63,685 nucleotides of DNA from a virus (IMGVR_UViG_3300047360_000121:1-63685); one strand, 5' to 3'. Shown: positions 1-9,374, counted from the stretch's first letter. The notes: a model not told the origin generated them from the letters alone. Made by a program: numbers and translations.

Positions 1-8
1 GTTTTTGT

Positions 9-315
9 ATGGGCACGATCCCCGACGACCTCGGCGGCATCTTCGACATGCTGAAGGAAGCCGCGCTGACCATGCAGCAGGGCGGCGGCATCGGCTACGA
101 CTTCTCGACCATCCGGCCCAAGGGTGCCCCGGTGAAGGGCGTGGACTCCGACGCCAGCGGCCCGTTGTCCTTCATGGACGTTTGGGACGCCATGTGCCGC
201 ACCATCATGTCTGCCGGGTCCCGGCGCGGCGCGATGATGGCGACCATGCGGGACGATCACCCCGACATCATGGACTTCATCACGGCCAAGAAAGACCCGA
301 ACCGGCTGCGCATGT
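9..315. repeat. Terminal overlap, copy 1 (matches 63379-63685)
   Basis: Direct alignment at offset 63370; about 10 mismatches in 307 bp. Confidence 0.95.
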
Positions 316-2474
316 TCAACGTCTCGGTCCTCGTGTCCGATGCACTCATGGAAGCCGTGAAGAACGACGGCGACTGGATTCTGAAGCACGAGGTCGCCCC
401 GGCGGGCGAGACGGAGCGGTGCGAGGACGGGCGCTGGGTCCACGCCACGATCAAGGCGCGTGACCTGTGGAACGCGATCATGGAGTCCACCTACGCGCAG
501 GCCGAGCCGGGCGTGATCTTCATTGACCGGGTGAACGCCGACCACAATCTGAACTACCTCGAAACGATCGCGACGACGAACCCGTGCGGCGAAAAGCCGA
601 TGGGGCCGTATGCCTCGTGCCTGCTCGGCTCGCTGAACCTCGCGCGCCTCGTCAACCGGCCCTTCACGAAGGAAGCCGACTTCGACATGCCGGTGCTGCG
701 CCGCGCCGTCCGAACCGCGATCCGCATGATGGACAACGTGATCGAGGTCGGTGGCTTCCCGCTCGAAGCGCAGGCGCAGAAGGCGCGCGACGATCGGCAG
801 CTTGGCCTCGGCGTGACCGGCCTCGCCGACGCGCTCATCATGCTCGGCATCACCTACGGCTCGGAAGACGCGCAGCGCATGACCGAGATCATCATGGGCG
901 CGATCTGCGATGAAGCCTATGCCGCTTCGATCCAACTGGCGCAGGAGAAGGGGCCGTTCCCGACCTTCGACGCCGACAAGTTCTTCGGCACGAAGGAGAA
1001 CCCGACCTTCGCCGGGCGCGCGCTGCCCGAGAAGACGCGGGAGCGGATTCGCAAGCACGGCATCCGTAACGCCCTGCTGATCTCGATCGCGCCGACCGGG
1101 ACGATCTCGCTGTTCTCGGGCAACGTGTCCTCGGGCATCGAGCCGGTCTTCGCCATGGCCTACACTCGCAAGGTGCTTCAGCCGGACGGCAGCAAGACCG
1201 AGGAGCGCGTCGTGGACTACGCCGTGCGCGAATACGAGAAGCGGTTTGGCCGCGCCGAGCCGCTGCCCGACTACTTCGTCACCGCGCAGGACCTCTCGCC
1301 GCGCGACCATCTCGTCATGCAGGCGGCGGCGCAGAAGTTCGTGGACTCCTCGATCTCGAAGACGGTGAACCTGCCCGCCGACATCTCCTTCGAGGATTTC
1401 AAGGCGGTGTATCGGGAAGCCTACGACATGGGCTGCAAGGGCTGCACGACCTACCGTCCGAACGAGATCACCGGGTCGGTCCTGTCCGCTGATCCCGAGC
1501 CGGAAGACGCCGCCGACCGCACCCGCCAGTGGTCCGACGACGGCGAGTTTTTCAATGAGGTGCTGCGCGTGGTGCGCCTTATCAAGAGTGTGCTCGGCGA
1601 TCGCGATGCCAAGGCCAAGGTGCAGGCGATGCTCGACAAGCACCACGCCGGGAAGATCATGCAGGTCGCCAAGGACAAGCGCGCCGACCTGCTGGACGAT
1701 CTGAACGCGATCCTCGACGCCGGGCCGGAGCCGCTGGTCGTGCCGTCCGCTGACGTGCATGTCGTCGGGCCGGAAGGCGACACGCTGCTGCACTTCGACG
1801 CCGTGGACGCCCATATCGAGGAGCACGACGGCCACCGCTCGGTCGTCGCCGTGGTCAGCGATCTCGAAGGGCTGGGTCGGCACTACCAGACCCGCGAGAC
1901 GGACACCCCCGCCGCGCGCGACGCTGCGCTGCCGGGCATGACCTACAAGGTGAAGTTCGGGGCCGACGAACACGCGCTCTACGTGACCGTGAACGACATC
2001 ATGGAGGGTGGTCGCCGTCGCCCCTTCGAGGTCTTCATCAACTCGAAGTCCATGGAGCACTACGCATGGACGGTCGGCCTGACCCGGATGATCTCGGCGG
2101 TGTTCCGTCGCCCGCATGACAGCCGGTTCGTGGTCGAGGAACTGAAGTCGGTGTTCGATCCGAAGGGCGGCGCGTGGATGAACGGCAAGTTCGTTCCGAG
2201 CGTTCTGGCGGCGATCGGCGGCGTGATCGAGGACCACATGAAGCACATCGGGTATTGGGATGGCGAGGCCCCGGTGCGCAGTTCGGTGGAGGTGGCCGAC
2301 GCCTTCGCCACGGTCGCGGACGAACTTCAGGACATGATGAACGTCGAGGCCGAAACCCGTTCGGTGGACGATCCCGGCGCGGTCGGCCCGATGTGCCCGA
2401 AGTGCTTCGAGCCGATGAAAGTCGAGTCCGGCTGCTCGACGTGCATTTCCTGCGGTCACAGCAAATGTGGTTGA
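9..2474 (+). CDS. nrdJ: Class II (adenosylcobalamin-dependent) ribonucleotide reductase, C-terminal part; gene begins at 63109 across the contig junction (about 911 aa total)
   Basis: Motifs GGGIGYDFS, TNPCGE, CLLGSLNL, GLGVTGLAD, SIAPTGTIS, SSGIEP, KGCTTYR; C-terminal TSCPD-like domain (PFEVFINSK) and CPKC...CISCGHSKC zinc ribbon; no beta-subunit gene seen. Confidence 0.95.
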   Translation: MGTIPDDLGGIFDMLKEAALTMQQGGGIGYDFSTIRPKGAPVKGVDSDASGPLSFMDVWDAMCRTIMSAGSRRGAMMATMRDDHPDIMDFITAKKDPNRLRMFNVSVLVSDALMEAVKNDGDWILKHEVAPAGETERCEDGRWVHATIKARDLWNAIMESTYAQAEPGVIFIDRVNADHNLNYLETIATTNPCGEKPMGPYASCLLGSLNLARLVNRPFTKEADFDMPVLRRAVRTAIRMMDNVIEVGGFPLEAQAQKARDDRQLGLGVTGLADALIMLGITYGSEDAQRMTEIIMGAICDEAYAASIQLAQEKGPFPTFDADKFFGTKENPTFAGRALPEKTRERIRKHGIRNALLISIAPTGTISLFSGNVSSGIEPVFAMAYTRKVLQPDGSKTEERVVDYAVREYEKRFGRAEPLPDYFVTAQDLSPRDHLVMQAAAQKFVDSSISKTVNLPADISFEDFKAVYREAYDMGCKGCTTYRPNEITGSVLSADPEPEDAADRTRQWSDDGEFFNEVLRVVRLIKSVLGDRDAKAKVQAMLDKHHAGKIMQVAKDKRADLLDDLNAILDAGPEPLVVPSADVHVVGPEGDTLLHFDAVDAHIEEHDGHRSVVAVVSDLEGLGRHYQTRETDTPAARDAALPGMTYKVKFGADEHALYVTVNDIMEGGRRRPFEVFINSKSMEHYAWTVGLTRMISAVFRRPHDSRFVVEELKSVFDPKGGAWMNGKFVPSVLAAIGGVIEDHMKHIGYWDGEAPVRSSVEVADAFATVADELQDMMNVEAETRSVDDPGAVGPMCPKCFEPMKVESGCSTCISCGHSKCG

Positions 2475-2500
2475 CCTGAACTGCAACTAGACTCCATTGG

Positions 2501-2533
2501 TAGGGCGGGCTTATAGTCCGCCCTAACCTTTTG
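2501..2533 (+). terminator. Stem-loop after nrdJ, possible intrinsic terminator
   Basis: TAGGGCGGGC-TTATA-GTCCGCCCTA followed by ACCTTTTG. Confidence 0.5.
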
Positions 2534-2550
2534 CATGGAGCATCCCCAAA

Positions 2551-3006
2551 ATGGCCGCTGGACAATTCACCCTCTTTGACAGCTTCATCCCCAACGTCGG
2601 GGAAGGGCTGATCGACCTCGACAACGACACCTTCAAGCTGGCGATCCTCGGCTCGGGCTACGCTCCGTCTGCCGGGCACAACGTCCTCGCCGACGTTTCG
2701 GGCAACGAGATCGCCGCCGGGAACGGCTACACCGCTGGCGGCGCGACCCTCCCGTCCGTCTCTTGGACCTACGTGGGCAACCGCGCCACCTTCGACTCCG
2801 GCGACGCCGTGTTCACCGCTGCCGGTGGCGCGCTGACCGGGCACTACGCCGTGATCTACGACGACACCGCCGCAGGCAAGCCGCTCGTCGGCTACTACCT
2901 TCTCGATGAAGGCGACCTCGACGTGTCCGTGAACGACGGCGGCTCGATCACCTGCGGCCCGAACGGTGCCTCGGGCTGGTTCGAGTTGGAGTCGAACGCC
3001 GCCTGA
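2551..3006 (+). CDS. Putative virion structural protein (fibre-associated type)
   Basis: GGAG RBS; motifs IDLDNDTFKLA and GNGYTAGGATL recognised from small phage structural proteins that precede fibre genes. Confidence 0.65.
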   Translation: MAAGQFTLFDSFIPNVGEGLIDLDNDTFKLAILGSGYAPSAGHNVLADVSGNEIAAGNGYTAGGATLPSVSWTYVGNRATFDSGDAVFTAAGGALTGHYAVIYDDTAAGKPLVGYYLLDEGDLDVSVNDGGSITCGPNGASGWFELESNAA

Positions 3007-3043
3007 TCTGGGCTACCCTGAACTCTAAACATGGGAGCCTGTC

Positions 3044-3286
3044 ATGGCTGTGACTGCAACAGACTCGTGGGAAGACTACACCACGCCCGAACCGGAATAC
3101 TGGCAGGTCAAATCCGGCACGTTGGCGATCACCGCCGCTGCGAATCCCGGTGACAACGACGGCATCGTCCTCGCTGCCGACGACAAGGACTCGGCGTCCA
3201 CCATCCGCATCGCGGGCGGTAAGGCGGTGAAGTTCAGAAGCGTCAGCAAGAAGCCTGCCACCTTCGTTCGGGAGCCTATCGCGTGA
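3044..3286 (+). CDS. Small beta-rich hypothetical protein
   Basis: GGGAG RBS; stop overlaps next GTG start. Confidence 0.7.
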   Translation: MAVTATDSWEDYTTPEPEYWQVKSGTLAITAAANPGDNDGIVLAADDKDSASTIRIAGGKAVKFRSVSKKPATFVREPIA

Positions 3287-6200
3287 AAGAGATCATCGGA
3301 CTCGGGCCGACCTTCGGATTCGGTGGACCCGTGGACCTCGCCGACGCGCTGCCGGGGGTTGCCCGCCCCCGGCGCGCGGACGCCAAGGTCCGCACCTTCG
3401 CCCCTAAAGCTATTCTCGCGCAGGTATTGGACCTGCGCCCCGCCAACCCGGCGCGGGCTACCGTGCGCACCATGCGCCCGATCGCCGGCAGCGTTGCCCG
3501 GCTCGATCTGAGGCCCGTGGGCGCGCATGTCGCCCTCTCGGGGGCTGCCCCTGCCGTGAGCGTCATCGTGCGCGTCCAGAGCCGCCCCGCTGCGGCCCGT
3601 ATGGTCGCCCGAGGCTTCCTGCCCGATGTCGGCCTGAGCGCGGCAGTCGAGGCCCGCCCGCAGACCGCACGCGTCACCGCCCGAGGCACCGCGCCGAAGG
3701 TGGCCTTGGCCCGGTCCATCATCGCCCGCCCGGTCGCCGCGATCGCCCGCTCGCGCGGCCACGACGCGGTGCTCAACATCTCGGACGCCGCGACCTTCCG
3801 GCCCACGATGGCCCGGCTCACCGCCACCACCTTTGTCCCGGTCGCCGATCTCTTGCAGGTCGTCACCGCCCGCCCGACGCCCGCCACGGCGCAGGCGCGG
3901 ACCTTCCCGTCGCGCGCTGTCCTCGTGCAGCCGGACGTGCCGATCGCCATTCCGAACGCCACGCTGGCGACCGGCCTCACCGACTTGGAGGACTATTCCG
4001 CCGAACTGCCCTTCCGCAACATCATGCACCAGTCCCGCCCGTGGATCGCCGACTGGTCCGAAGGCAACGACACCGTGCGCGCCGGGGGCCACCTCGACGC
4101 GAACGACTGGCCTGTCTCGATCCCGCTGTCCGGCCAGCTTCGCGCGATCTGGGCCTTCAGCGCCGACCCGTACATGGACGGCACGAGTTGGGTCGTCCGC
4201 TGGGAGGGCAACGGCTCGATCGCCCTCGGCGGCAGCGTCCAGAACGTCACCGTGGACGAGGCGAACCGCACCGCCAGCTTCCGGCTTTCGGAAGGCGTGA
4301 ACGATTCGACCTTCTGGCTGGACGTGGTTGCGACCGACCCGGCCCCGAACAACATTCGGAATATCGAGGTGGTCCGCGAGGACTGGCTTCCCGGATACGA
4401 CGCCGGGGAAATCTTCAACCCCGACTTCCTCGCCTTCGTGGAGACGATGGGCTTCGTGCGGTTCATGGACTGGCAATGCACGAACGGCTCACCCCAAGCG
4501 GTCTGGGCCGATCGTGCCGTGCGCGGCAAGCAGACCTACGGCGACTCCGAAACCGACCGGCGCGGCGTCCCGCTCGAAGACTGCATCGCCTTGTGCAACC
4601 GGGCGCAGGTGCCGGGCTGGTTCTGCATCCCGCATCAAGCGGATGACAACTACGTCACGCAGATGTCGCGCCTGATCCGCGACAACCTCGACTCGCGCCT
4701 GTCCTGCTACATCGAGTATTCCAACGAGGTCTGGAACGGCTCGTTCGATCAGCACGACTATGCCGCCGCGCAGGCTGCCGCCGACTGGCCCGACCGGGCA
4801 GCCGAGTCCGGCTACACCCTCGCCTTGAATTGGGCGGGCAAGCGCATGTCGCAGGTCTTTCAGATCGTCAATTCGGTCTTCGCCGCCACGCCGAACCGGG
4901 TGCGCACCGTGCTCGCCGGGCAGACCGGCAACCCCGGCTGGTCGGCAGAACAAATCGCGGTCGCGCCCATGTGGCTTGAGGAGGAGCCGAGCGCCTACTC
5001 GAAGCCCGCCGAGAACGCCGACCACTTCGCCGTCACGAGTTACTTCGGCAGCGGCCTCGCCGACGACCCGACCTTCGCCGCCGAGGTGGAAGCCGCGTAC
5101 CCGGCCACTTCCGACGACGTGATCCAGTCCTACCTGACCGACCCGGCCTCAGGCCTGCCGAGCCTGCCGTCGTGGCGTAGCTTCATCATCGAAGCCAGCA
5201 CCGAGGCGTCGAAGCACGGCCTGTCCCTGCTGATCTACGAGGGCGGCGCGCATATCGTGATGAACAACGTCTATTCGGACACGCTCGAAGCGGCGCTGCT
5301 TCAGCACCACAAGAGCGCGTATCAGGCCGAGAACTACGAATACCTGTGGAACGTCTGGCGCAACGAAGTGAACTCGGGCGGGCCGTTCGCGGGCTATCTC
5401 GGGATCGCCTCGTGGAACGGCTTCGGCTTCTGGTCGCTGCTGGAATACCCGACCCAGACTCCCTACCCCTTCGCCGCGAGGCTCTTTGAACTCTCCGCGT
5501 CCGAAGCCCCGTGGTGGGTGGAGACGAACAGCATCTTCGCCCGCCCGGCCCCGGCCTCGACCAACGTGCGCACCTTCCCGGCCCGCACCGTGACGCCTTC
5601 GACCGGCGCACCCGGTTGGTCGGTGACGGCCTCCGGCTTGTCGGCGGTGATCGAGGACATGCCTGCCGAACCGACCCGGCCCACGGGCACGGCCACGGAA
5701 ACCGATGGTGTGCTGCAAATCGACTTCACGGAGCCGGTTCGTTCGACCGACTGGACCGTGGAGCCGCGCAGCGAATCCGTGTCCATCTCGGCCATGCCCT
5801 TCATGACCGACGTGCCTTCGGCTACCCCCGAAGACGGCGCGGCCAGCGTCGCGTTTGTCGAGGTGGTCCTGCCGGAAGTCCTGTTGCAGCATATGCAGCT
5901 TGGCGCGGCCACGGACACGAGCGCCACCGTGGCGGTCAGAGGGGAGAGCGAGGCCGAGTACGTCCGGCTGCGCTACGGCACGGACCCGACCTTGACGGAA
6001 GCATCGCTGACCTCGCCGGTCGCGCCGGACCCGACCACGTTCATCGCCAAGCCGGAACTGCCGGGGCTGACGCCGGGCGTCACGACCTACTATCAGGCGG
6101 TCATCAACGGGCGGAATCAGGGGCCGATCGCGCAATACACGCCGGTCGCCGAGAAGCAGGCTGCGAACTTCAAGGTCGCCTTCAGTTCGTGCGGTGAGCC

Positions 6201-7062
6201 GGAACTCGGCAGCGGCGTCCTGAACAGCGTGTTCAACCGCATCGCCGCGCACGACCCGGACGTTTGGTTGTCGCTGGGCGACACGCCGTACATCGACTCG
6301 ACTTCGAGCGACCGGGGCGTCCTCCGTGCAGCCTACAACGACTTCTACGCCGGGCCGGGCTTCGCTTCGCTGCTGACCAAGACGGCTCACGCCTACGTCT
6401 GGGACGATCACGACTACGGGGCCAACGGTGCCGACTTCAGTTCCCCGTCGCGCGAAGCCTCGCAGCAGGTCTATCGCGAGTATCAGCCGCACTACCCGCT
6501 GCCGGATACCGAAGCGATCTACCACAGCTTCATCCGGGGTCGCGTGAAGTTCATCATGCTCGACGGTCGTTCCGACCGGCAGGGCAACACCTTCCTGAAC
6601 TCGGCGCAGATGTCGTGGCTTTTCGACCAACTCGATACGGTCGCTGACGACCCCGGCCTCATCGGCGCGGTCATCACGAGCGTCGTCCCGTGGGTGTCGT
6701 CCGGCGACAGCGACACATGGGCCGGTGCCCCCGTGCAGCGCCAGAACATCGTGGATTACGTCAACGCGCTCGGCTTGCAGAACAACGTGATGATGATCGC
6801 AGGCGATGCGCACATGGTCGCGTTCGATGACGGCACGAACAACCAGTGGGGCGGTTGGCCCATGTTCCACGCCGCGCCGCTGAACCGCTCCAACTCGACC
6901 AAGGGCGGGCCGTACACCCACGGGCCGTTCGCCAACTCGCGCGGCCAGTACGGTGTTCTGGACGTGACGGACGATGGCACGGACGTTACGATCACTTGCT
7001 CGGGCTACGACGGGTCGGACACGCTTCTCGTGTCGCAGCCCGTGATCTTCCGCAGCCTCTAA
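3283..7062 (+). CDS. Multidomain protein: N-terminal fibre-like repeats, putative TIM-barrel glycoside hydrolase, C-terminal PhoD-like metallophosphoesterase
   Basis: Repeats of the form ARPxxAxxxxRxxxP; RFMDW, GVPLE, WFCIPH, YIEYSNEVWN, IYEGG in the middle; LGDTPYID, WDDHDYG, LDGRSDR, IAGDAH at the C-terminus. Confidence 0.8.
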   Translation: MKEIIGLGPTFGFGGPVDLADALPGVARPRRADAKVRTFAPKAILAQVLDLRPANPARATVRTMRPIAGSVARLDLRPVGAHVALSGAAPAVSVIVRVQSRPAAARMVARGFLPDVGLSAAVEARPQTARVTARGTAPKVALARSIIARPVAAIARSRGHDAVLNISDAATFRPTMARLTATTFVPVADLLQVVTARPTPATAQARTFPSRAVLVQPDVPIAIPNATLATGLTDLEDYSAELPFRNIMHQSRPWIADWSEGNDTVRAGGHLDANDWPVSIPLSGQLRAIWAFSADPYMDGTSWVVRWEGNGSIALGGSVQNVTVDEANRTASFRLSEGVNDSTFWLDVVATDPAPNNIRNIEVVREDWLPGYDAGEIFNPDFLAFVETMGFVRFMDWQCTNGSPQAVWADRAVRGKQTYGDSETDRRGVPLEDCIALCNRAQVPGWFCIPHQADDNYVTQMSRLIRDNLDSRLSCYIEYSNEVWNGSFDQHDYAAAQAAADWPDRAAESGYTLALNWAGKRMSQVFQIVNSVFAATPNRVRTVLAGQTGNPGWSAEQIAVAPMWLEEEPSAYSKPAENADHFAVTSYFGSGLADDPTFAAEVEAAYPATSDDVIQSYLTDPASGLPSLPSWRSFIIEASTEASKHGLSLLIYEGGAHIVMNNVYSDTLEAALLQHHKSAYQAENYEYLWNVWRNEVNSGGPFAGYLGIASWNGFGFWSLLEYPTQTPYPFAARLFELSASEAPWWVETNSIFARPAPASTNVRTFPARTVTPSTGAPGWSVTASGLSAVIEDMPAEPTRPTGTATETDGVLQIDFTEPVRSTDWTVEPRSESVSISAMPFMTDVPSATPEDGAASVAFVEVVLPEVLLQHMQLGAATDTSATVAVRGESEAEYVRLRYGTDPTLTEASLTSPVAPDPTTFIAKPELPGLTPGVTTYYQAVINGRNQGPIAQYTPVAEKQAANFKVAFSSCGEPELGSGVLNSVFNRIAAHDPDVWLSLGDTPYIDSTSSDRGVLRAAYNDFYAGPGFASLLTKTAHAYVWDDHDYGANGADFSSPSREASQQVYREYQPHYPLPDTEAIYHSFIRGRVKFIMLDGRSDRQGNTFLNSAQMSWLFDQLDTVADDPGLIGAVITSVVPWVSSGDSDTWAGAPVQRQNIVDYVNALGLQNNVMMIAGDAHMVAFDDGTNNQWGGWPMFHAAPLNRSNSTKGGPYTHGPFANSRGQYGVLDVTDDGTDVTITCSGYDGSDTLLVSQPVIFRSL

Positions 7063-7087
7063 CGACAACACTTGAACAGGAGCCACC

Positions 7088-7951
7088 ATGGCCTTCGTCA
7101 TCGCAATCCCTTCCGCCGACATCGGCGACATCAACGACGTGACGACTTGGGACCTCACCCAAGCGATCAAGGGCAACGTACCGGACAGCGGCGGCACGTT
7201 GCCCGGTCTGGCGAACGACACGCCGTACCGGCTGGCCCGCCTGTCCGAGTTGTCGAACGAGGTCACGCCGAGCCTTGCGAGCGCCGCGCCGTTCGGGCAA
7301 CTCGTGCAGTCGGCTTTCGCGGAAACGGGGCAGGAAGCCGCCTCCGAGGTCAGCCCGCAGTTCTCGGCAGCCCCCACGCCGGGCAACCTGCTCGTGATCG
7401 TCGGCTCGAAGGACAAGGATCAGCAGGAGATCACCCCGCCTGCGGGCTTCACGATCCACACCAACGTCGCGCCCGGCGACGGGGCCTGCGCCTTCGTCGC
7501 GTACAAGATCGCGGACGGCAGCGAAACCGGGCCGCTCACGATCACGACGCTTTCCAGCCAGTACGGTTCGTTCGCCGCACTTGAAATCTCGGGCGTCTTC
7601 TCCACGAACCCGTTCAACGCGCAGAGCGTGGATCACGACACTAGCATTACGCGCAACACCGCATCGGTGCCGCCCCTGACTACCACGGCCCCGGAGTCGC
7701 TGCTGATCGGCTACGCCACGAACGACTCGGCTCGGAACCAACCCTTCACCATCACGAGTTCCAACCCGGTGCCCGACGAGGCGATTCTGCCGACGCACGG
7801 CGACGGCTCGACTTCGACCGTGGACGCGGGCAACCCGGCACTGGCCGTCATGCTGGCGGTCGTCGGCCCCGGCACCTACGACTTCGCCGTCTCGCACACG
7901 GAGACGGACCAGACCATGATCGGGCTGATCGAGGTTGTCCCGGCAGCCTGA
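7088..7951 (+). CDS. Beta-sandwich protein, probably virion-associated
   Basis: AGGAG RBS; Thr/Ser/Ala-rich; GLANDTPY...SNEVTP resembles a fibronectin type III fragment. Confidence 0.55.
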   Translation: MAFVIAIPSADIGDINDVTTWDLTQAIKGNVPDSGGTLPGLANDTPYRLARLSELSNEVTPSLASAAPFGQLVQSAFAETGQEAASEVSPQFSAAPTPGNLLVIVGSKDKDQQEITPPAGFTIHTNVAPGDGACAFVAYKIADGSETGPLTITTLSSQYGSFAALEISGVFSTNPFNAQSVDHDTSITRNTASVPPLTTTAPESLLIGYATNDSARNQPFTITSSNPVPDEAILPTHGDGSTSTVDAGNPALAVMLAVVGPGTYDFAVSHTETDQTMIGLIEVVPAA

Positions 7952-7971
7952 CGATTTTCTCGGGTAGGGGG

Positions 7972-8000
7972 TTGATCGCCAACCGAAGGTAGGCTATCTC
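7972..8000 (+). promoter_or_regulatory. Sigma70-like promoter with conserved spacer
   Basis: TTGATC-N17(GCCAACCGAAGGTAGGC)-TATCTC; near-identical copies at 12566 and 60862. Confidence 0.75.
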
Positions 8001-8062
8001 CTTGGTCACGGGGCGGCAGAGTGTCGCCCCGAGGCAAACCCCTAACCCAAGGACCTAAGCCA

Positions 8063-9226
8063 ATGACTACCCTGACTCAGTGCTCGAACCAGTGGATGAA
8101 GCGCCCGAACGACGAGCGGTTCACCTCTCTCCCCGAACTCCATGAGCGCGTGAAGCGCCAGCGCGACAACTCGATCCAGTCGGTCGTGTCCTCGCGCAAG
8201 ATCGAAGTCCAGCCCCACCCGGCAGACCCGCGCCGGGGCATCACGATCGCTGGCGACCACGGCTTCGCCGACCCGACGCACTTCTCGTTCGGCCAGCTTG
8301 CCTCGCTCGCTGGTGCCCCGGCGGGCTACCTGCGCTCGCTGCCCGCGCCGATCGCTTCTGACGCGATCAACTACGGCCTCCGCTTCAACCGTGATGCGCA
8401 GGACGTGGGCATCCTGCGGACGAAGGAGAACGTGCGCCTCGATCAGCAGCCGGGCATGGAGATGCCGCCGCTGACCGGCCCCGGCGACATGGTGGAGCAC
8501 GTCGAACTCCGCGCCGCCACTGGCCCGCGCTACGGGCGCATCTGGAACGAGGAGATCACGTCGGCGCTGATCCAGAAGTTCGGCGACGGGCGCACCGGCC
8601 AGTTCCGCGTTCCCGGTGAGTTCGGCAAGCAGGTTCCGATCACGAAGGACAACACGACGATCTATGGATCGGATCGCGACATCTTCGTCTTCCTCGCCGA
8701 CGAGGAGAACCGGATGGAGGTGGCGAACCGTCGGGATGGCAAGCCCGGCAGCCTCGCCCGTGGGTTCTTCGTCTGGAACTCCGAGGTCGGCAGCCAGTCG
8801 ATCGGGGCCGCGTTCTTCCTGTTCGATTACGTCTGCATGAACCGGATCGTCTGGGGCGTGAAGGACTACCGCGAGATCAGGCTGCGGCACACCGCCAGCG
8901 CGCCCGATCGCTGGTTGGAGGAGGTGACTCCGGTGCTCATGGAATACTCCAACGCCAGCGCCGCGCCGATCGAACAGACCATCCGTGAGGCCCAGCAGAA
9001 GCGCGTGGACGACGACCTCGACGCCTTCCTTATGAAGCGGTTCAACCGCTCCGAGACGGTTGCGATCAAGGCCGCTCACGAGCGCGAAGAAGGTCGCCCG
9101 ATCGAGACGGTCTGGGATGCCGTGACGGCTACCACGGCCCACGCCAAGACGATCCCGCATCAGGACAACCGGGTCGCCATGGAGCGCGCGGGCGGCAAAA
9201 TCCTCGACCTCGTGGACGCCTCGTGA
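8063..9226 (+). CDS. DUF932-family protein
   Basis: RAATGPRYGRIWN, SDRDIFVFL, RGFFVWNSEVG, YVCMNRIVW motifs; start moved to the ATG after AAGGA. Confidence 0.75.
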   Translation: MTTLTQCSNQWMKRPNDERFTSLPELHERVKRQRDNSIQSVVSSRKIEVQPHPADPRRGITIAGDHGFADPTHFSFGQLASLAGAPAGYLRSLPAPIASDAINYGLRFNRDAQDVGILRTKENVRLDQQPGMEMPPLTGPGDMVEHVELRAATGPRYGRIWNEEITSALIQKFGDGRTGQFRVPGEFGKQVPITKDNTTIYGSDRDIFVFLADEENRMEVANRRDGKPGSLARGFFVWNSEVGSQSIGAAFFLFDYVCMNRIVWGVKDYREIRLRHTASAPDRWLEEVTPVLMEYSNASAAPIEQTIREAQQKRVDDDLDAFLMKRFNRSETVAIKAAHEREEGRPIETVWDAVTATTAHAKTIPHQDNRVAMERAGGKILDLVDAS

Positions 9227-9294
9227 TCTGGATCGCTATCGGCGTAGTCGTGGTGGCCTTCATCCTGCTCGCCACGGACACCGACCTCCGCTGA
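9223..9294 (+). CDS. 23-aa single-pass membrane peptide (MIWIAIGVVVVAFILLATDTDLR)
   Basis: GTGA overlap with the upstream stop; strongly hydrophobic; below the ORF-track cutoff. Confidence 0.45.
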   Translation: MIWIAIGVVVVAFILLATDTDLR

Positions 9295-9374
9295 AACCTT
9301 CGCCCGGCAAAACCTCTTGCCGGGCGATTCTCCGCACCGTAGGGTGCCACTTCCACCTGACGAAAGACCCTGAC

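Noticed and set aside
1500-1930. NrdJ insertion as an intein
   Set aside because: No N-terminal C/S block, no HN-C/S/T junction and no LAGLIDADG motif; it lies in a linker rather than a catalytic motif.
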